DNA from: a virus
Virus record (IMG/VR): IMGVR_UViG_3300045988_176357
Span: 64,001-128,000 of that record
Reading direction: 5' to 3' (one strand)
Length of the DNA: 64,000 nucleotides
A program made the translations under genes and the position numbers. Of the stretch, positions 47,367 through 61,366 are shown piece after piece. Within the stretch, counting starts at the first letter, position 1. Each line of letters begins with the position of its first letter. Below the pieces are notes generated by a model, which saw nothing but the letters and a program-made list of their open reading frames with translations, searched no databases and had not been told where the DNA came from.

Positions 47367-50300
47367 GGTGGTAAATGACAGACTATTAGTGGATGAGCCA
47401 TATGGCCGCCCAGACATATCCTCTGGCGGATTAGGTAACAGGACTGTCTGTTACAAGTCAGCTGTTGCCTAAGTATCTGATTTTGGATATGCGCATATTG
47501 GTCCCTGAAGCTACCGGAACTGTAGACGGCGATGCTTTTTATATAAGCAGAGTTCAGGACTAGGGAGCATCTCTGTCTATCTACATAGGATACAACGGTA
47601 TCTAGGTTGCTGTAGGCTCAGGGATTCCAAAAACACTCACTATGACATAGCCTGCTGTGCAGCATTGGTACACATTGACTGCACTATAGGGAGGATCACT
47701 GTCGTGGGCAGCTAAACTTACAGGCTCCATATGTGTAGGACCTACGAATACATATGATATCGGCACACAGGTATACACAGCGAGCAACACTAAGCTTAAC
47801 CGGAATGTCATCAGTGTAATAGGTAAACTGACATATCTTTAGGCGATAAAGGTTAACTAGGTCTATTATGATGGAGTTGTGTAGATCCAGGCAGGATAGG
47901 GGGTCAGCATATCCGCTGCTGTTGAAGGCTAGGTAACGACACTTACTATATCTGTCGACCAGACTTATGTTACCTAGACTGTGCAGTAGTCTGTGGTGCA
48001 ACAGCTGAACGCCTCGACAGGAGCGACACCCATCACCTCTATCAACGGCGTAACTCCTGACTCCAACGGCAATATACAGATTTCAGGTGTTGACTGCGTT
48101 GACGTTGTCGCACAGGGACAGGGTGGGCTGATTGTGAAAAATCCATGTTCCAAGCCGTGCTGTGATTCAACCAATATGTAGAGCACAGTGATTGCTTTGT
48201 AGGCCTTGAAGCAGCAACAGAGTGTCCTGCAGAGTTACTTCACAAATCAGGCCAATACCATTAATTATATGCAGGCGAATTTATCTACGCTAATGAACCA
48301 GCACTGATATGATAACAGAATTGCGCATAGCAGGATATCCTGTAAGTACAAAATACTTAAAGATACAGGGAAAGGATGACCTTAAGGTCACACCAGGAAC
48401 ATCCGGACCGAAGATATCTTATATATTGACTAAGCAGGAGTCTGACAGTTAGTCGGAAGCTCCTGTCGTGCCCATTATAACAGGATCTTACTTAAGGACT
48501 ATAAATGGAGTGTCGCCTCTGTAGTAGGGACAGTTCATGCTGATGGGCGATTACTGTACGTCTGTTGTTTAGGGCGGTGACGATTCAGATCCATAGATAT
48601 CCAAAGTGTCTGGAGCAATAAAGATCTTCGATGGCTGTCAGGCATGCGTCGACTGCAGTTCCCAGTGGTATGTGCAGTCTATGCTCCAGTAGTGTATGTT
48701 GTGGCTTGCTGGGTTGAAGGATTGTATCCTGTACTATGAACCGGCTGCAGCCAGGCTCTGGAACTAGATGCTGCAGAAACGAGTATTGTAGATATAGAAC
48801 TGCGGCAAAAGCGAAATAGATGCGGAGTACAGACAAAGAGAGTTCGGCAAGGCTGTAAAGCTTTTGTATCAATATAAAGCAGTTGTCGCCATGTGGAACT
48901 ATCTGGTGTTTACAAAAGCCAGATCGATAGAAGTGGTTCAGGCGCCTGAGACACACCTGGGCTTTATAATGCAGTCAAAGCGAATCATAGACTTCTGCGA
49001 TGCCGGGCTGAGTACTGTCACACTTCACTTAAAAGCGACATTATAGTCAGGACAGACACAATCTTTCCTTGCGGCGCAAGGCAGAGCAATGCTGCTCTCT
49101 GTTACCAAAGTCACATAGAACACTTACATCTAGTACGGTAAAGATACCGGAAGCCTGGGCGGAGGGCTTGATACAGGCAGCCTCAGTTGTGACATATCGG
49201 CTACGAACTAGCCTGTAATAACGTGCGCTATACAATTCTTCCCGACAAAGTAGTGCAGAGCTGTGTTCTCAGGATCCATTAAAGTGCTGCCTGTCATTGT
49301 ATAGGGAGGCAGCGGCAGTGACGCACAGTTATATTCCAGCCCGCTTGTTGATCTCGGAACATATGCTGAAGCAGCTTATGATGCTACTGATATCGACAAA
49401 GGATAGCTGACAATGACAAACAGGTGGCGTATATAGCTTGCCTGGTAGTTCACACAGGGAGATATGGTGGTCAGCAAATAGGACACCTAGTAGGTAACTT
49501 ATTTCACATCAGGATTTGGTTTGTATCCTTCCAGATCTGATTCAGGGTCTGGATCGGTAAACGTCGGAGACGATGATACCGGCGGTGGCGGACTTATTTA
49601 GATATAATCGGTGAGAGCAATACATGAGCTTTGTAACGACAGAGACAAGCGCACGTACAGATACGTACCCTTTCACATGTTAGGTGCCTTTCGGCAATTA
49701 CTTTATATAGTCGATAAAGTTAGCCCTTAAAGATGTACAGCAGCAGCCTTCTCTTAACATATTGACATCTAAACAGGGCTAGTGCTCGATAACACTGATG
49801 TCGGGTTCTGTAGTGTTGGCTACTGTATAGTATGCAGGCAATCTGTGGATGACTTTTGATACAGCACATGCTTTCGGTTTCGTTAAGTTGCGTGTCAGAC
49901 CTTCTCACACTATAAATTTTTCAGGAAAGCTGCCTCTCCATCCGCTTACATATACATATAGCTACAACAATAAAGGTATCACCAGTATTCAGGCTAACGA
50001 CGACGTGAAGCCTGTCGGAGATACATTAAACATTACTGTGATAGGATCTATCCAGTGTGATAAAGACTAGTTAAACTTTACGAACAAGGGTGCTTTAGGT
50101 GGACCTGACTGGCCTTTCAGTATTCAGAGATTTGACATGGCAGGCAATGTTGTCGGCTATCCGGGAACTCTTACAATAACGCCTGTAGTTAAAAACTCAT
50201 AGCTCATAGCTAACTAGTATGTTGGACAGAATATATGGTATGGTGACACTTACGGTGGTGTAACCCATGCGTATCTGCCTAGTGCTGATTATATGTATAT

Positions 50301-50599
50301 AAGACGTACGCAATAGTCATTGTACAACTTCATATAGACGCCTATAGAATCCAATTAGGTAGTATATACAAACACATAGGTAGGAAAATATATACAGAAC
50401 ATCAATGGGACTCAGACGCAGAACCTGAACATAACAAGTGTATGCGAGCAGATATCTGTTACAGGACCCGTTGCTGTTGGAGACTCTGTCTATGTGATCT
50501 ATGTCTCATCCAATCCGGGCTTCCCTACATGCGCCTAGTATGACAGTGATTCCTTGTCATCTACTGGAAGCTGATCTGCAATAAACAAAAGAGGTAATA

Positions 50600-51370
50600 A
50601 TGAACATTCTTAATGCAGATACGCAGCAGGTGCGGACATTTTCGAAATATCCGTTCGATTAGGCTTCCACTATGCAGATATATAACTACATAGTAAAATC
50701 TACGTGGATACCATCTGTAGGTATTTGTGTATAGCAGGCTAGATTCCCTCTATATATAAGCGGTTTTACACACAACAGCGCCACTACATGCAAGTTACAT
50801 ATAAGTGACAATACAGCTACTGAAATAGCTTATGCCGTACTGTACAGATAGCGCAGTACGGCCCAGACAGCAGGTATATAGAGTGCCGATAAAGTTGTAG
50901 CTTCGCTAGTGGATGTATATGGACATGTCTGTGGGCAATTAATGTATGATGTATAGTTTTCCGGATTCATTCTGAATGTGCTTACTACGGAGCATCTCGG
51001 ATAGATAGCACTGAGCGCGAACAACCTCATACTGTCTCCATAGTGTATAACATGTACACATACAGTGGGGTGTAAACAGGTCATATTTAATGGAAAATAC
51101 AAATATAAAGGGAGTACAACTCTGATTTTCCAGCGCAATGTGACACTCACCGACAGCGGAATACTATCAACACCGTCTATAAATGTGTATGGGGATAAAG
51201 ATACCACAGATGTATCCGCCATTGCATATCAGGCACCGAAGTACCTCAAATATGTGAACGGTAAAGACCTGTCTGGCAGCCATGTGCTGATTAAACCGAT
51301 TGCTCTTTCAGATCTTCGAGTGATAACCAACACAGGAACTATAACGTTCTCAGGGGTACGGAATGCTTGA
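50600..51370 (+). CDS. Tail fiber-like protein (about 257 aa)
   Basis: GAGG 8 nt upstream of the ATG; frame 2 joins to track ORF 51065..51370 (..TGTITFSGVRNA); read by eye. Confidence 0.3.
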
Positions 51371-53522
51371 TAAACTGTACAATATATCTGCTGTATATCC
51401 ATTCTATAACCATACTGGATTGTCTGATACAGACAGACAGACAGCCGGATGTATAGCTTGCTGCAGAATATAGATACGAAAACCGAGACTCAGGCAATTT
51501 TTAGCAGGCTAGGATTACTACAAACCTATTCAGGATACAAATATTCCGACGCAGATAGTTCTTGAAAGAACAGAACCGGGCAAGGCTGTATTTAAAGTGC
51601 AATACGGTTACTATGAGTAGCCGTGGTACATAACATGGACAAGGGATGGGACTTGCTCAGGCACTTTTCTTGTTTCATGCTATATGTAGCTGACAGCTTA
51701 GCTGCCTACATATACAGGCAGCTCTTTAATTCTCCTTAATTAGTGCATGATAATCAGAACGCCTGGAGTAGTGCTGCATGCCGCATCGGATGGAATCCAA
51801 TAGACAGGCGGGATATATCCTAACCAGACCATGTATACGAATGTCAAAGGTTTCTGTGACGGATATAACTGTCAGGTAAGTGCATAGGATTCCAATTTGA
51901 TTATACTGTCGTCGGCTGCAGCAGGTAAAGGGAGACCTAAATACAATGATGTGTGGGGTTCAGACTCACAGGAGTCTTAGTTACCAGCGGAAGCTCCGAC
52001 AGGTGTGCGCACTATAAACACAAGCACGGGAAGCGTAACTTTTCTATCTATAGGCGATGTAACGCAGAACGTTGTTGTTACTTAGTAGGATGACGAAGTT
52101 ACAACTACAGTACAATTAAGTATCTGAGCTTATATGAAACACCTTAAGAAAGACAGATGCGGATGGAAAGAGTATTAGTGTGTAGGCATTAAAGACCTGT
52201 TCTCCGACTCTATATCCATATGCTGTGACACGACAAATTATGATTAGACTGGCGGGTAGAGATAGAACGACTATAACTACCTGAATCTGCCTGTATCTTT
52301 TTAGGGTGTAGTCAACATAGTTCCATTTGCCAACCTGTAGTCACTTGGAGGTGGCGTCGGATGTATATCCAGCTACGATCCGATGGGGGACGGCTTGCAG
52401 GACTGGTTTGACAAAGTCAGTAAAAATTCTGACTACATAGCGGCATATGGTAACTTCAGAGCTTCTCTGGCTTGCTATTTTGATTCTTAGAAGTAGCGTC
52501 CGGGGATAATGACACCGAAAGCTACGCTGAGTCCGTTTAACACAGCACCTTCAGTAGTTGTCCCGACGTCTTAGCTGCGTGTATAGCCTAACGTGGGCGG
52601 CGGAGGTACAAGTTCGTGGGATGGACAGAGTGCCTGCGCTAACGGGTTCGCTATAATACCGCTGGATCACAAGGGCTCTGGATATAGACTGTATGTAAGT
52701 TCAGGCGATGCTATACCTTCTGTAAATGCAAACGGATAGGCTGTATCCTATTACGTAGAAGGAAGATATCCGGAGGGATAGGGTGCTAGATATAAGTCTG
52801 ATCTGTAGGTATACCTGACAGCCAAATATGACTTTACCACCGCAAAATGGGACTTCGGAATTGCGGTCGTGCAGCAGGATCAGGATTGGTAGACTGCTGT
52901 GGACAGATAGTAGTGGGAAAAGGTGACTCTGCTGGGCACTGTAAGTTGTGTCCGGAATGGTAACGCGAAGGTATAGACATACGTAACGCAGACAGCTTGC
53001 TCTCCTGTCGATATGCGCGACTTTGTTTCTTAGGTTCCTATGCCGTCAGGTACTGATACATCAATGTATGTATTCGCTTATCTTGGCAGCAGCAAGATAA
53101 AGAAATGGGTACAGGTAAAGGACTGTTGACTTACATGTAACTTCAGCTAGGCTTAATGAAACTAACTGAAGGAATATAACATGCCAAACTGTCCATGTCC
53201 GTAGTTCGACATTTAGAAGTACAAAGATAAGCCTTACTAGGAAACTCCTTGTGCCAAGTGTTTCCTGTCAAAGTAGACTACCAACACACATAAACACTCA
53301 TAGCTGTTCGACACAGACGGTGTGTAGTCTCAGCAACCTGTCAAACGTCCGTAGCCTGTGTAGATATAGGATATCCTTCCTGAAAAAATTTCTCCTGACA
53401 CGTTGGCTATAATCGTATAGGCGTGTCAGCAGAACTTTATTCTTACACTCAGCAATCTGGTGCTCAAACTTACACGTCTGTCCAAGACATATCCTGTACT
53501 GTTTTAGATTCTCACATACAAG

Positions 53523-53892
53523 ATGCAGCATCCATAGATGTCTTACTTCGAGATAGGCAGGAAGCTTAATCCGCCGTGCTCAAAGCAGAACGTGCTGTAT
53601 CACCTGTCGCACGCTGTCAGATAGTTCCCTCAACTGGAGAAGAGCATTGTTACAGATACAAGGTTCTCAGGAGGAAGATACGCACTGAAGACCATAGCAT
53701 AGCTGGCATCCAGGATCAAGCAGGTGTAGATCGTGCGGCGTAAATTATACGAGCAGAACTAGTACAACACACGTAAAGAGTTCGACGAACTGAAGAGATA
53801 GCTGTAGAGACCATATAAGGTTAACATCATCAGCGAGTTCGACAGCTATCTTCATGAATCCGACAGCGGAGACGACAATGTTAAGAGCAGAT
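53523..53892 (+). CDS. Hypothetical protein (about 123 aa)
   Basis: Frame 0, TGA stop. Confidence 0.3.
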
Positions 53893-54981
53893 GAATAGGT
53901 ATTCAAACTTAATGATTCAAGAGTTAAGGCACTGTCAACAGGTAAGCTGACTGTAGCTGCACTTGCATATACTATCAAACCTGGAGACTACATGATACTG
54001 TACAAGAATACAGTATATGCACTGACAGAAGACTAGTACTATGCCGCTCAACAGATGGACATGTAGAAGTATCTGACAAAAGAAGCATTCTAGCAGGTAC
54101 TCAAATAGGATATAGACAAGCTCGATACAGTAGACAGGAAAGCCGCATAGAGAATCAAGAACAGCAAGACCAATTGTTCCACCTGCCAGTACAACTCGTA
54201 CAAGACTCAGCTGCTCAGAATCATGCAGAAGTATCCATGGCTGCTCAGCAAGTACAATCTTGTGAAGATAAAGCGCCAGATACGGCAATACCCATAGGTA
54301 TCGTAGCCTGTTATATCGAAGGTAAGCGCTCTGTTCCCTACGTTCTTCCAGAAAGTTGAATACGACAGGAAACCGTGTCTTGACTGCGTGTAGAAGCACA
54401 TAGGCATGGCGTACATAAAAGGATGCTAGGCGCAACAGGGCTATCCTGAGCATCTTGTACTTGCAGTAGCTAATTTGCAGGAAGCATATGAGGAATGCCC
54501 TAAGGACTGCTCCGCTATAAGAGAGATGCTGCTGTTCTGCATAGGCAAGACAAAGATCGAGAACAAAGCGTTTATTCCGCTGGATAATCTCCTGTATCTT
54601 ATATAGATAGCCAGACAGGAAACAAGCATGTCGTAGGCTCTGGATAAGAATAAAGCGGATTAGTCGTTCGACCTGTAGCTCGATTAGCAGATGAAGCAGG
54701 AACTTGCAGAGATTCCTGTGCTTAAGAAGCTGGATATAATGAACGAACTTAAGGCGCTCATTGCACTTGAGTACAGCAACAAAGACCACATATCTGTCAA
54801 GTATCAGGGATACATGGGCAGTCTTGCAGACATGATATTGCCGTTTTCTGTGAAGGTAAGTAATCTGATCAGGAACAGGCGCCTTATGTTCAAGGCGTGT
54901 CCGTAGTTAGTGCGTCAGACTGAGTATGATTGCAAAGATTTACAGGAAGCGTTGAAGAGTCCGATGGCGAAAAAGGACTGA
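53878..54981 (+). CDS. Cys-rich hypothetical protein (about 367 aa)
   Basis: Frame 1 checked line by line 53794-54981; motifs CSTCQY, KPCLDCVQKH, ECPKDCSAIREML. Confidence 0.4.
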
Positions 54982-55815
54982 TCTACTACAGAATATCAAA
55001 TTCCATGCCGTAGATGCACATTGTTCCGCTGTTGCTTGTATCGGACTGTGATTCAGAGCTCTAACTGTAGCTTATGCTGTAGCTGGAGCTCTGTGACTAT
55101 GAACCTGACAATGACTGCGAATATGACACAGAGTCGGAGCACGCTGTTCCTGTTGTAAACTAAAAGGCAGTGGCCTGTGCAGAGTTCAGATAGTTCAGAG
55201 CTTTAACAAGCGCTGTTACACCTGTCTTTATTCCGTTTATAGCATGCTGAGCCTGGAAGTCGTTACGAACTCTGAGCTTTATACTGTCTGTGCGGAAATA
55301 CGCGTAATCATCCATAATCTCGGACGGATAATCCTACATATCCACAGGATCTGCAATATGACTGAATCTGTAGTCAGGCTACTTATTGAAGTTCTTCGGC
55401 AGCTTCTATATTACAAAAACATTTGTATCTACGTTACAGGCGGAGGTTGCTTTGCATTCAATATCAACAGCCGCCTTATATCCTGATCGCTGATATCTTT
55501 TGACACTGAAGTGCAGAGTTATGTTCATTGCTGCTCCGTAAATGTGACGCCGCCAATTGTAATTGGCAATTTGAAATTCTATTTAAGAAAAGCATTAAAG
55601 GCTTTATTATATTGTAAGCGCAAAGCAGCTGCTTTCAGTATAGTATGCTTATTTACCTGTTTATGCGGGCACGTTGGACAGCCCTTGATAGCGGCTGACG
55701 CAGCTGCCATAAGAGGGAAGGACTTTAAGTCCATATTGAGTAATTTTTGCTAATCAGGTGTTAAAAACATTTTGCGCTCCTTATGAGCTGGGCGCGTTCA
55801 ACTGGAAAGAATAGA

Positions 55816-56712
55816 ATGGGAACATTGAGTAAAGACTGTTACGCGTATCCTGCCAAGGAACTCTATCCTATACACACCAAATAGGCTGCGCTTAATTCTT
55901 ACAAAGAGTTCTAGCACGATATTGATAAGTATTCAATTGACAGCATCAAGATGATTGCAGCCAATTTCATAAAAGCTGCGTCTGTACACGACATCAAATA
56001 TCCTTGTGCACAGGCTGCGAAATCCAGACAGTGTGTAGACATATAGCTGGATAACGGCGCTGTAGTGTCTATGACCAAAATATAGAACTTGCAAGATGCG
56101 GATAAAGCTGTAGCCATGCTGGATCAGATCAGAGACAACATTGAGCTTAAATCTCTCAGAAAGGTTGCGAGGTATATTGTCAATGAATGTGAGAAACTCA
56201 GCCTGTATCCTACTGACAGCATAAAGCTTCATAAGTACGCTGGTTTTGGTCTTGGCAATGCCTAGTAGATGGCTGCATAGTTCCGCAAGCGCGGTACGCT
56301 CATACTGTTGCCTGAAAGCATCAAATCATAGTTCTATCAGGCATATAGAAACCTTGATCAGCAGGATGCATAGACCATGTACAAGCAATCTGCAGCTATT
56401 TGCGATATGCTTGATGGTATCGACAGACTGTATAAGCTCGAATCTCATTACGGTAACGAAATCAGTAAACCGTAGGATGTGTGCTTTTCGTAGACACTCG
56501 ATACTATGATCAAGTAGGCTTCTGACTATCTCGGAGTCGAGTCGACATCTACCATTCTATCCAAAAAGGCTCTACTACAGGACAAATAGAAAGTAGCCAA
56601 ATTCTTTGCTGATAAATACGGCGCGTAGATAAAAGATGACAATGATATGCTGAATAAGGTAGCGACACTGTCTTCAACCGGAATAAAAGCACTCATAAAG
56701 GAACTTGAATGA
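55816..56712 (+). CDS. Hypothetical protein (298 aa)
   Basis: Frame 1 checked line by line, 23 TAGs, TGA stop. Confidence 0.5.
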
Positions 56713-57359
56713 ACCTATTCTAGCGCAAAGACTGTATGGTTCCTGTATATGCTCTTGCTGCTGTATCCAAGTTTCAGTAGTAGGCTGTAAACTGGGACCC
56801 TCTGGTACTGCGCGACGCATTTTAGGCTCAGTTCAACTGCAAACTGTCACAGCGCGGTTTTGACAAGCTGATGGCAGGTACGTCCATGATAGGTACAAAC
56901 CTGTTCACAGCATCCATATAGAGCTTTTTAGCCTGTACTGCAGCTTGTGCCAACAGAAGCATACAGTCATCACAGCTGAACTATGTATCTCTGAAAGAAT
57001 GCTGTTGGTCTGTATTCGTGTACAAAGATATGATCGGATACAACCAGCAGGAACAGCAAGATCAGTTCGATCCGGATATAGTGATGTATATACAGGGCCT
57101 TATGGATATATAGGGTATATCCAAACTACCTTCATACATGTCCTTTGTCTAGCTGCCGACGTAGAGGATGGCGACTATATAGCAGGCTCTGGTAGGTGAC
57201 GTCACATCGTTCTAGGCCTACAACACAAGGCAGCTGAACTAGATGCAGGATATAAATGCCTACGTGATGCAGATGCAGGCAGATCTTGTATAGCAGCTGA
57301 AGCTGTTGGATCCTATTATACACTGAATTATTCTCAAAGGGAAAAGTGTGTATTTTCCT

Positions 57360-58450
57360 TTGAAAATAGCTAAAAAATGACCACTTTTTTGGCATAATAA
57401 TATGGAGAAGCTTTTAGAGCTTTTCTATGGATGGACTTATCCATCCGGTTTCACGGTGCTGTATTGAGGTCGACTTATGTTGACTGTCAATACAGCACCA
57501 TTCGAATTTGTGACTATTGTTTTCTGTTACCCTGCTTAAATTTTTACTTAGTAGTCGTATATGCATCAGCTACTGTTGCTCGCTGGTAAATTACAACCTA
57601 AGTAAGTTTAGCTACGATGTGAACAAGAAGCTGCTACGGCTTCGATTTGTAGAAGGACCGCCGCGTGTCCGTTACTGATTTCCACTGGAAATTTCATAAG
57701 CGATCTGCCTCTCGTGGTTACGAAGGCCAGATCGCACCTGAAATTACCAAAGAAAATACAAGACATCGTTATCTGAGCATGCAGTTGTTACAACTGCTGT
57801 AAACACATACTAATGGTGGTATGTGATCATATTTCCTGGTACTAGGTATTATGTACCAGGAAATCGATAGATATACAGGTGAACAGTTCGACAAGCAGTC
57901 GGCTGGATATGTCACACTATTTTATTTATGCGGATTCTGTTGCTCTTGTGTCTTGGTTCATTTTAATATTCAATAGACTTCGTATCAGTTACTGATACAC
58001 TTAGAGACCATGTGAGACACATATGTGTGTCTATTACCCTCAGCATACCTCCAGAGTGATACTCTGGAGGTTAACTTTAGGGTAATAAAAGTATTGAATA
58101 TGTTGCCAACAGATGACTAGTACGTGAAATAGAAGTCGTTGCGACTTCGCATCGGATTTGATAAATACCTTATCAAACAAATGAACGGCTGAGAGGCGAC
58201 CCGCCAGGCCCAATTGAGGCACTTGGCTACAGCCAAGTGACCACAAGTGGGCATCGGCGTACGCCTCCCGCCTATCGTTGAGACGTTAAAGCCTGAATCT
58301 ACAATCGTTACGATTGCTTGTATGCTGGCTAGGACAGTATATATGTTATAATTGGAAGGATCATGCTATTATTGATCCTTCCAATTTTAGAGGCGATGAC
58401 TAGTTTATTTATTTGGTAAAACAGATGCACACTAACACGTTACGTGTTAT
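57360..58450. other. Noncoding region of about 1.1 kb, dense in stable hairpins and inverted repeats
   Basis: No long frame free of TAA/TGA. Hairpins include GGATGGACTTATCCATCC, GGTGCTGTATTGA...TCAATACAGCACC (13 bp), TTTCCTGGTAC...GTACCAGGAAA (11 bp), CCTCCAGAG-TGATA-CTCTGGAGG nested in TTACCCT/AGGGTAA, AATTGGAAGGATCA-TGCTATTAT-TGATCCTTCCAATT (14 bp). Confidence 0.5.
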
Positions 58451-59118
58451 TTTACAGCATACAATGGACAACGTTGTATCGCGGTATGTTCTTACTTATG
58501 AAGCCTGCGGCGAGCGCAAAACTCTGCTGTCTATCGACGCAGACTTCAGCGCACCGACGCAGCTTCAGAACTAAGAACAGATCAGATCTGTAAATAAAGC
58601 TGAACTCGAGTCCGTTACGGATTCACAAATGTGTATTACTCAATGCGTGATACACAACAATCCTGGTGCTGCATGGAGCACCTCCGAACAGCACCAGGAT
58701 TCAGAGCTTATACCCCAACACAGCTAAAGCTTTCTCAAGCTAAGCTATAAACTTGGCATCAGGAACAACAGAATTCGCAAACCCTCCAAGCCCGTCCCAC
58801 TGTCCTGCAAGACGCTGTTTAACAGCCTATCTTATCCGCACACCAAGATCCTACAGAACCAGTTTGATCTATTGGCTCTGCACATGGAAGCCTTTCTGCT
58901 CCCATCTGACCCAAATCGGGTACCACCTTGCAAACCGCTTGCATGCGGTAGGCAGAGGATATATAGTATCCCTTCTTCCCTATTTGCCGCGCAACACAAC
59001 GTTGCCGTTTATTGACTAGAGTCTTCTGACCTAGTCAAAAGTGAACTTAGCGTGACTCATAGACTAGTACTGCGTTGCTTCTTTTTTTAGCCTATAGTCA
59101 TTGTTACTGTCAAGTTTA

Positions 59119-60936
59119 ATAACTTTCATATACATCCTCCTATGGGTCTATTACAACAGGGTGACTGGAGACGGCCTGCACGAACTGACTGAACTAGGAT
59201 CTTGGACTGAAGTTCTGATACTAAGCGGCCAGCACAGAAGTGTCGAACTTCTAGCCCAGCACAGGAAATATTCCGAACTTATGCCATAAGGCTGAGCAGG
59301 CAAAGTTGACGGCATGTGCAAAGTCATCAGGCACACCTGGTTTCTTGCCTATGAAGACAACTGTCCTGTTGCCTATATACGCTCTTGGATCCTACTTAAG
59401 CGCAAGAAAGTCATAGGCAAGCTAAGTCTTATCCTATACATTGAACTTCATTATACGTACAGACGTATCTTTCAGCGCCTGCACAATAAGAGCAAGACTT
59501 CTGGACTTGTCTATTGTATAGTTATAATAGTCAGCCTGCTGCTGAGCTTTGTCGTAGCTTATGATGTCGCCTTTCTTAGGTCCGGTATATGTGAACGGAA
59601 CAGGATACGTGCTTGTGAGCAGCAATCCTCGCTGCTTCATGATCTACATGCGCACAAAACCCGCACCACCGTTATCGTGTGCAAATATATCAGGATGCAG
59701 GATATCTATCCATTGCATCAGCTACTAGGCCTGCTATGTCGGCGTCGTTCCTTTAGGGTATCTCTTGCCGAACAATATATCTATGCGGTCTGTATCCGTT
59801 CGCAACCCTGCTACACACGCAGTTGTGAACGACTATGATACAGCGCCCCCTCCGTCCCAGTCTACACCTATGACTATGCATCTGTACATGTGCCTGATAC
59901 CGAGTATATCCTGTACTGAAGCGATGTTGTAGTCATGTTGGGCTGCAACAAGATCACGCAATGTCAGAGGATTGACTGACTAGTCATACGGCCAGCCGAA
60001 AACTTCATTGTACACACGCAGCTTGGAATAACTGTCGACTTTAGCCAGAAGGTCGTACCATTTTCTAGGTTCATTGGTAGCCTAGTCGATCGTAAGATGC
60101 AGCGGATGTATCGGCTGCCCTATATGGTAGCCTGGGAAAGTGAACTGTCTCTAAGGTACGGCATGTACGAAGCCTCCGTTATGTGGAAACACAGTGCGCC
60201 CACACCTGGAACACACAAGGCCGTTCTTTCCGAGCATTCCAAGAAGATCGTGCTATGGATTGGGTATATTGAAATGGTTGCAGTGTGTGCATCTTATTAT
60301 CCACTATGCCTGCGATGACTTATCCCACAGGATACCGCAAGTAGTATCTGTCGTAGTCGGAGTACCCGCATACATGGAATACCCGTGCCGCAGGTTGGCC
60401 GACATAACCTCACGTATGACAGGCACGAAACTGAAATCCACGTCGGCAAGCTCGTCTATGACTATCTGTGAGCATCCGGACAGGCCTCGCAGAGCATCTG
60501 CGTTGGCGTAAGCGGTGCCCAGATACATGAACGAGCCGACATTGAACTGCTTCAGCAGAGTTTTGCTGAGCTATACTTTTTTGATAAGAGATCCGCATAT
60601 CGGACTGGACTCAAGCAGAGGTTTCAGAATGGTAGTGTGATATCGTGTCCTCTGTTCATCTCTTGGTTCGATATGAAGTATATCATAAAACGGTATCAGA
60701 CTGGAACGCAGTACAGACGACTAGGCTATCTGATAGGTCTTACCGACCTGTCGTCCAGTCATCCATACCTGCTATCTAGGATATATAGTGTTGAACATGG
60801 GTGCGAACTGATAGTGCAGATCCAATGTCAGAGGTTTCCCCTTAAGAGAGAAGATACTCAACAGTGGAATGAACGTCCTCAGTTTGTCCTAGGCGATAGC
60901 ATTCAAACACGATTTAACAGCATCAATTAAAGTCAT
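59119..60936 (-). CDS. terL: Large terminase subunit (605 aa), TAG-recoded on the minus strand
   Basis: Reverse-strand frame free of TAA/TGA with 16 CTA (antisense TAG). Walker A MTGRQVGKTY (T4 gp17-type RQxGKT); Walker B QIVIDELADV; nuclease motif CIVIGVDWDGGGA; stop TAA (rc of 59116-59118). Confidence 0.75.
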
Positions 60937-60972
60937 AGTAATTCAAGCATAAAACAGAAAGGAAAAACGAAA

Positions 60973-61335
60973 ATGAAAAGCAAACGGACACCGGAACCAG
61001 ACGCAGAACTCGTAACAGCAATCAAGTGTGCGCCAGACAATGGGGCTTGCGTTACCAAAGTCATCAGCGTACACAAGGCTGCAGCCAATCTGAGCTCGAG
61101 AGCTGCCGCACGTAAAGCTGTACTGGATATAGTTAAAAGCCTGAAACTGAACCATGCCAAAGTCCAGCTGGATTCGGCTGCTTATTTCGATGAAGATATT
61201 TTCAGAGTCCGAATCTGGAAAGAGAAAGCAACAGCAGATGCATGGGATAAGACTGTAATTTACTGGCTCGAGACGATGCCTCTTATAAAGCCGGTCAGGA
61301 ACAAGCTTGCCAAACTGGGATTCAACCTGGACTGA
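60973..61335 (+). CDS. Hypothetical early protein (120 aa)
   Basis: TAG-free ORF, TGA stop; divergent from terminase. Confidence 0.5.
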   Translation: MKSKRTPEPDAELVTAIKCAPDNGACVTKVISVHKAAANLSSRAAARKAVLDIVKSLKLNHAKVQLDSAAYFDEDIFRVRIWKEKATADAWDKTVIYWLETMPLIKPVRNKLAKLGFNLD

Positions 61336-61366
61336 GCTTTACTGTAACAAATGAAAGGAATAAAAG

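Noticed and set aside
53935-54789. 284-aa minus-strand ORF
   Set aside because: Antisense to the checked + strand frame-1 ORF 53878..54981; Leu-rich junk-like composition.
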